Notes under the pieces: generated by a model
Told to the model about the DNA's origin: nothing
The model's database searches: none
What the model saw: only the letters and a program-made list of their open reading frames with translations
Translations under genes and position numbers: made by a program
Shown: piece by piece, positions 59,172 through 64,000 of the stretch
How the letters are laid out: each line of letters starts with the position of its first letter
How positions within the stretch are numbered: the first letter of the stretch is position 1
Source: a virus
Length of the DNA stretch: 64,000 bases
Reading direction: 5' to 3' (one strand)
Virus record (IMG/VR): IMGVR_UViG_3300044638_006409
Coordinates: 1 to 64,000 of that record

Positions 59172-61321
59172 TGTCTTGTGAATTAAATTTTGCTGTCACA
59201 TCAATCACTGGAGATTGTACAAATTCTAATTTAGGGGCATTCGAATTAAGTATCCAATCAACCTCTCCTGGTGTTTCCCTTCAGATGATTGACCCATTCA
59301 GTTCAACAACAATTATAGGAACTGCTACAACTTATACCTTCAGTGGATTGAGTGCGGGTACTTACACATTTTATCTTTTTGATAGTTGTCCTACCCAAAC
59401 TTCACCCTTCTCGATTTATATTTCCTCAGGTAGTTGTATAAACATAGCCGAAGTTGGACACACAGTATGTAATTCCCCAAATGGTTATTTGACAGTTTTT
59501 TTTGATGAAATATACAACTATTTTGCACAACAATTTTATTTATATAACATAAATTCAGATGTTGCAGTTCAAACCATTTCTAATGGTCAACAATTGACAA
59601 CATTCTATGGTTTAGAACCAGGAACTTATTATGTTGTTGGAACTGATGGGGGTGGTTGTGTTGGAAAAACTGAATCTTGTATTGTAAAAAGTTCTACAAC
59701 TTTGGATTTCGGATTTTATACTATAAATGACGCTGATTGTGCTGTGAATACTGGTGCTATCTATGTTACAGGTCTGACAGGTAATCCACCATATAATTAC
59801 GGATGGGTACCATCACTAACAAGTGGTAGTTTTTTGACTGGTTTAACACAAGGTGAATACTCATTAACAATACAAGATGCTAGTGGTTGTATTGTATCTA
59901 AAACAGCAACCATCGAAAGTATTCCCCCATTAAATGTTACAAATATTTTGGGTACACCCCCCTCTTGTTTTTCAGGTGATGGTGAAGTGATAGTTTACAT
60001 TAGTGGTGGAACAGCACCTTATTATTATCAAGGAAGTAATGGGGAAACGGTGATAACATTTTCCCAATATTATACTTTTACAGGACTTACAAGTGGTATT
60101 TTTTCGGTAAATGTTACAGATGCTGGGTTATGTACAACCACAAGTTCAACAACTATTCAAACCCCAAATAGTTTCTATGTTGTATCATTAAACACAACAA
60201 ATTCTACTTGTAATGACAACTCAGGTGGATTGTCGTTACAATTAGCTGGAGGTTCTGGTTTTTACACTGCAACTATTACTGATAATTTAGGTAACACTCA
60301 AACAAGTTCTAGTTTTGGTAGTTCTACAGCTTTCAACAATTTAAGTTCAGGTGTCTACACACTTCAAATAACAAATGGTGGTCCTTGTGTATACACCCAA
60401 ACAATTACCATTAGTAACACAAATTTATTTACTCTTAGTACATCTACTACTGGTACAACTTGTAATAATGAGGATGGTTCAGTTACTTTAACCATCACTT
60501 CAGGCGGCACACCTCCATATCTTTATGACATCGGAATTCAATCAGATACTAGTAGTAGTTTGTCTTACACTTTTTATAATTTAGCTTCAGGAAATTACAC
60601 AGCGTCTGTATCCGATTCAAATTTTTGTCAACAAATCGAACCATTTAATATATCAATCTCGAATAGTGTTGACTTCAATTTAAATGTTATATCACCAACA
60701 ATCGGTTTAAATGGTGAGATTAATGCGTTTATAACTAATGGTGAACCACCATTTTCTTGGACTTGGAGTTCAAATGTTCCAAGTGGTCAAACTGGACTCA
60801 CGATTACTGGATTGTCGGCAGCTTCTTACACATTATCAGTAACTGACGACAATGGTTGTGTTAGAACACGAAGTGTAAGAATGTTTGGATATAATTTGGT
60901 AAGTTCATATGAAATATTAAGTTTATGTGAGGATGTATCTTCATTCACTGGTGAAATAGGTAAAAGAGGTCCACAACAAATGTTGATTGAAGGATTTTTT
61001 GACTTAACCTCAGGTGATACGGGTTGTATTTTAAATGAAGCTATTTATGAGGTAGTTGTATCAGGAGGCTCAACCGTGAAAACTAGTACTTTTTATACTG
61101 GCACTACCTTAAATGATTTCCCAACAGACGATGAGTACTACACAGCTTTAAGTAATACCTTACTTCAGTACGATGGTATCCAAACTGTTGATTTAGACCC
61201 ACTCAATAATCAAATTATTATTAATACAATATGTGATCCACCAATTTCACTAATTGATTTACAAATAACAGCTAATTTAAAAATCTATTACGATATAAGT
61301 TGTATTTCATGTACACCATAA
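59171..61321 (+). CDS. SprB-like repeat protein (putative fibre/adhesin)
   Basis: Tandem units of about 80 aa: C...G.....GGTxPYxY....F.gL..G.Y...V.D..gC, e.g. GNPPYNYGW...GEYSLTIQDASGC, GGTAPYYY, GGTPPYLY, GEPPFSWTW. Confidence 0.8.
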   Translation: MSCELNFAVTSITGDCTNSNLGAFELSIQSTSPGVSLQMIDPFSSTTIIGTATTYTFSGLSAGTYTFYLFDSCPTQTSPFSIYISSGSCINIAEVGHTVCNSPNGYLTVFFDEIYNYFAQQFYLYNINSDVAVQTISNGQQLTTFYGLEPGTYYVVGTDGGGCVGKTESCIVKSSTTLDFGFYTINDADCAVNTGAIYVTGLTGNPPYNYGWVPSLTSGSFLTGLTQGEYSLTIQDASGCIVSKTATIESIPPLNVTNILGTPPSCFSGDGEVIVYISGGTAPYYYQGSNGETVITFSQYYTFTGLTSGIFSVNVTDAGLCTTTSSTTIQTPNSFYVVSLNTTNSTCNDNSGGLSLQLAGGSGFYTATITDNLGNTQTSSSFGSSTAFNNLSSGVYTLQITNGGPCVYTQTITISNTNLFTLSTSTTGTTCNNEDGSVTLTITSGGTPPYLYDIGIQSDTSSSLSYTFYNLASGNYTASVSDSNFCQQIEPFNISISNSVDFNLNVISPTIGLNGEINAFITNGEPPFSWTWSSNVPSGQTGLTITGLSAASYTLSVTDDNGCVRTRSVRMFGYNLVSSYEILSLCEDVSSFTGEIGKRGPQQMLIEGFFDLTSGDTGCILNEAIYEVVVSGGSTVKTSTFYTGTTLNDFPTDDEYYTALSNTLLQYDGIQTVDLDPLNNQIIINTICDPPISLIDLQITANLKIYYDISCISCTP

Positions 61322-61333
61322 AAAAAATTAAAA

Positions 61334-62059
61334 ATGGCCTTAGATAGTATTGTAACAATTAATCAAACAATTTGTGGATGTGATGGAACACTTTCGGTTT
61401 ATTCCTTTGGTGGAAATCCTCCATATTCATATTCAATCAATGGTGGGATAAGTTATAAAAATTCTCCGTTGTTTTTTGACTTATGTTCTGGTTTGTATAG
61501 TGTAGTTACAAAAGATGTGTCAGGTACAACAATATCAAAAACAATATTTTTAGAAAAACCATCAGGCTTTACAACATATTCAGTATCAATTCAAACAACT
61601 AATAGTCAATCGATAAGTTCACCATCGTTAAATGTTTTCGATTATACATCGACAATTGTAGTGAATCCCGAACTACCATCAGGTGTTAGCCTCACTTTTG
61701 ATGTCAGACATTTGAACACAACGAGTAATTCACCTTCATTAACTGCATGTACTGCAACAACTACATCACAATTAGAAATAAATTCTGTTCTAAGTGGTAT
61801 GTCCTATTCGTCTACGACTACAGGAGAAACATTTAATCCGACACCGGGTTGTCAAGGAGAAACAAAATATATTTCTTCACTGACAGAGGTATGGAATAAT
61901 GTTATATACAAACTTGGTGATGATTTTATTTTATCAACAACAACATCAATATTAAAAAATATAGACATAAATTGTTACATAGGAACAAGCACAGATAGTT
62001 TTACAATCTCGAATTTGAGAATAAGTGGTTGTGATTGTTGTAAAGCTGTGGTAACATAA
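61334..62059 (+). CDS. Protein with one SprB-like repeat and Cys-rich C-terminus
   Basis: GCDGTLSVYSFGGNPPYSYSING...LCSGLYSVVTKD; ends GCDCC. Confidence 0.7.
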   Translation: MALDSIVTINQTICGCDGTLSVYSFGGNPPYSYSINGGISYKNSPLFFDLCSGLYSVVTKDVSGTTISKTIFLEKPSGFTTYSVSIQTTNSQSISSPSLNVFDYTSTIVVNPELPSGVSLTFDVRHLNTTSNSPSLTACTATTTSQLEINSVLSGMSYSSTTTGETFNPTPGCQGETKYISSLTEVWNNVIYKLGDDFILSTTTSILKNIDINCYIGTSTDSFTISNLRISGCDCCKAVVT

Positions 62060-62086
62060 AATCCTACATAATATATTTATAAACAA

Positions 62087-64000
62087 ATGGGATATATAAT
62101 AAAAAATACATCGGGGTTAATTAATACTAGGTTGACAGATACTGCAAGATTGAAGTTATCACAAGGGACATTCAATATTGCGTATTTCCAAGTAGGTGAT
62201 AGTGAAGTGTCATATAACACATTACCAACTAATACATATAGTCAATTTAATACATTTATTTTAGAACCAAGTTTCAATGCACAAAATTCCTCAGGTGCAC
62301 CACAAAGTAACAAAGAGAATATAAAATATCCACTCTATGTTGATGGTAATACTGGAAATACATATGGAATACCATTTATGGATTCAACATCGAGTCCTAT
62401 CTTTAATACAGCAAGTCCAAGAGGTTTTTTCACTGGTGGTACTGGTACTACATTTTATTGGAGTGCGTTAACCAATAGTGATTATGTAATTAATTCAAAT
62501 TACACAGTCCAAATGAATACCTTAATTGGTACTAATCAAATGACACTAACATTTGATTCTTGTGATACGGATGTTGTGAGGGGATTTGCAATCGGTGACA
62601 TTGTAACAATATTTTATGATGGTGAGGGTTCAAATACATGTCAATGTGTTAATGTTGTTACCCCAACTCCAACACCTACAATATCAGTTACCCCATCGGT
62701 AACAGCAACACCATTTGCAACACCAACACCTTCACCAACAGACCCTTGTTTGTCACCTACACCCACCCCAACACCATCAGCGACATTTTGTCCAACACCA
62801 ACACCTTCAAACGCTTGTTCTACGAACACTAAAGCTAATTGTGTTGTAAAACTACAAAGTTGTTATCCTATATTGACTTATAGAATTGTTGATATGTGTC
62901 TAAATACTATAACTTTGGATAGAAATACTCCTGATTATAGTTATTTGGGGAACGATTGTTACGCAAGAGTATTAGTTTACCCACCAAATATGATATCGTT
63001 ATATGATACTATCACACCATCTCCACATTGGAATGATAATGTTATAAATTTCGAATCTGTTTGTTATACTGACCAATTTGATGTTAAAATTTGGAATATG
63101 AATATTCCTTGGTCAGAAGATCCAGCTGGATTAGATTCAGGTCTTTACAAAGATTATACGAAGTTTGGTTCAATAGGATTTTTGGGTTCGAAAGAATACT
63201 TTGGTTATGCGTCATCAAGTGGACAAACAACGACAAGTGTTGTTTATTTTAATAACTCATTTGGTGAACCTATAATTGTAAGACCTGAGGAACAAAAAAC
63301 GATTGCAATAATTCACTACACTAATCAAACAATAGATTTGTTCTATGGTGAAAAGTTTGCACTACAACCATTTGATGACCAATTTGATGATACAACAGGA
63401 CAAGCAAGAAACTTCAAACTTCACATCCCAACATTAATGTGGCATAAAAACCCTGATTGTTGTTTTGGTGAAACATTTTATGTGGATCCTCCAGGTTTTG
63501 ATGGATTGAGTTTATTCAGAGTACAATACATGAAATCATCCAAAAATCAGGATATGAACAACCCTGGTTTGAGATATTATAATTTGTGGGACACTCACGC
63601 AAACCCAATATTACCAAGTAGAGTAGGAAAAGTTTTCCCTGATTCGAAAATTATTATCATCGATGATGAAGAAATAGTAGCTGCAATGTCATATAAATCC
63701 AATAGAAACTGGACATTGCCAGCACCAAAACTGAATTTAATAGTTCCAAACACTTGTGGTGACTCATCAACAAGTGTTGATGGTATTTTAAGTGCCTCTA
63801 CTGAATATTTGTATGTAACATATAGATTAACAAATTCTTTGGCATTTACTAACTCACTACATTGTAATTATTATTTGAAAGCTACAGGTCCTAATATCAG
63901 TTGTAATCAAGATAGTTCACAAAATGTCGGGGTTAGATTTGGAGGGGATTTAACTTGTTTATCGTCTGATCAAACAAATGTTACACCTTGTTGGTATTCT
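62087..64000 (+). CDS. Large putative tail/fibre structural protein, truncated at window end (absent from ORF track)
   Basis: ATG after TATTTATA; MGYIIKNTSGLINTRLTDTARLKLSQGTFNIAYFQVGDSEVSY. I saw no stop codon where I read the frame. Includes a Pro/Thr tract. Confidence 0.75.
   Translation, partial: MGYIIKNTSGLINTRLTDTARLKLSQGTFNIAYFQVGDSEVSYNTLPTNTYSQFNTFILEPSFNAQNSSGAPQSNKENIKYPLYVDGNTGNTYGIPFMDSTSSPIFNTASPRGFFTGGTGTTFYWSALTNSDYVINSNYTVQMNTLIGTNQMTLTFDSCDTDVVRGFAIGDIVTIFYDGEGSNTCQCVNVVTPTPTPTISVTPSVTATPFATPTPSPTDPCLSPTPTPTPSATFCPTPTPSNACSTNTKANCVVKLQSCYPILTYRIVDMCLNTITLDRNTPDYSYLGNDCYARVLVYPPNMISLYDTITPSPHWNDNVINFESVCYTDQFDVKIWNMNIPWSEDPAGLDSGLYKDYTKFGSIGFLGSKEYFGYASSSGQTTTSVVYFNNSFGEPIIVRPEEQKTIAIIHYTNQTIDLFYGEKFALQPFDDQFDDTTGQARNFKLHIPTLMWHKNPDCCFGETFYVDPPGFDGLSLFRVQYMKSSKNQDMNNPGLRYYNLWDTHANPILPSRVGKVFPDSKIIIIDDEEIVAAMSYKSNRNWTLPAPKLNLIVPNTCGDSSTSVDGILSASTEYLYVTYRLTNSLAFTNSLHCNYYLKATGPNISCNQDSSQNVGVRFGGDLTCLSSDQTNVTPCWYS
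62659..62810 (+). repeat. Low-complexity Pro-Thr coding repeat
   Basis: Degenerate ACACCA-type repeats encoding TPTPTPTISVTPSVTATPFATPTPSPTDPCLSPTPTPTPS... Confidence 0.85.

Noticed and set aside
804-62829. Many 60-150 aa ORFs in the track nested in or antisense to long genes (e.g. 804-1151, 5872-6123, 19729-20184, 62641-62829)
   Set aside because: They are shadow frames of well-supported genes, with no motifs or expression signals.
1-64000. CRISPR arrays, tRNA, rRNA, integrase or IS elements
   Set aside because: None recognised by eye, and intergenic gaps are short. tRNAscan and Infernal were not run.

Overview
AT-rich, gene-dense fragment of a large (jumbo-type) myovirus genome in the standard genetic code. 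The host is probably in Bacteroidota, inferred from the absence of Shine-Dalgarno sites, TTTG-N20-TAnnTTT(G/A)-like promoters, SprB-like repeats and a DLPF SSB tail. The window has four parts: (i) family B DNA polymerase; (ii) neck genes interrupted by an Fe/Mn superoxide dismutase fusion protein and an intein-containing SNF2/SMARCAL1-like helicase; (iii) a contractile-tail module (sheath, tube, chaperone, tape measure, tube initiator, LysM, hub) and a replication operon (SSB, RecA-like, C5 methyltransferase, 5'-3' exonuclease, DnaB-like helicase, nrdB, nrdA); (iv) baseplate wedge genes and large putative fibre/adhesin genes. The most notable observations are: SOD fused to PD-(D/E)xK-like domains through apparent protease-cleavable linkers; an M.SssI-like methyltransferase ending in the beta-clamp motif QLSLF; a probable +1/-2 frameshift at TTT TTT CGC in the tail chaperone; a recurring TATTTAT(A) promoter motif; an OmpA-like domain inside a baseplate protein; and an Ala-starting class 3-like intein. 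All calls come from motif recognition by eye; no database searches were run.
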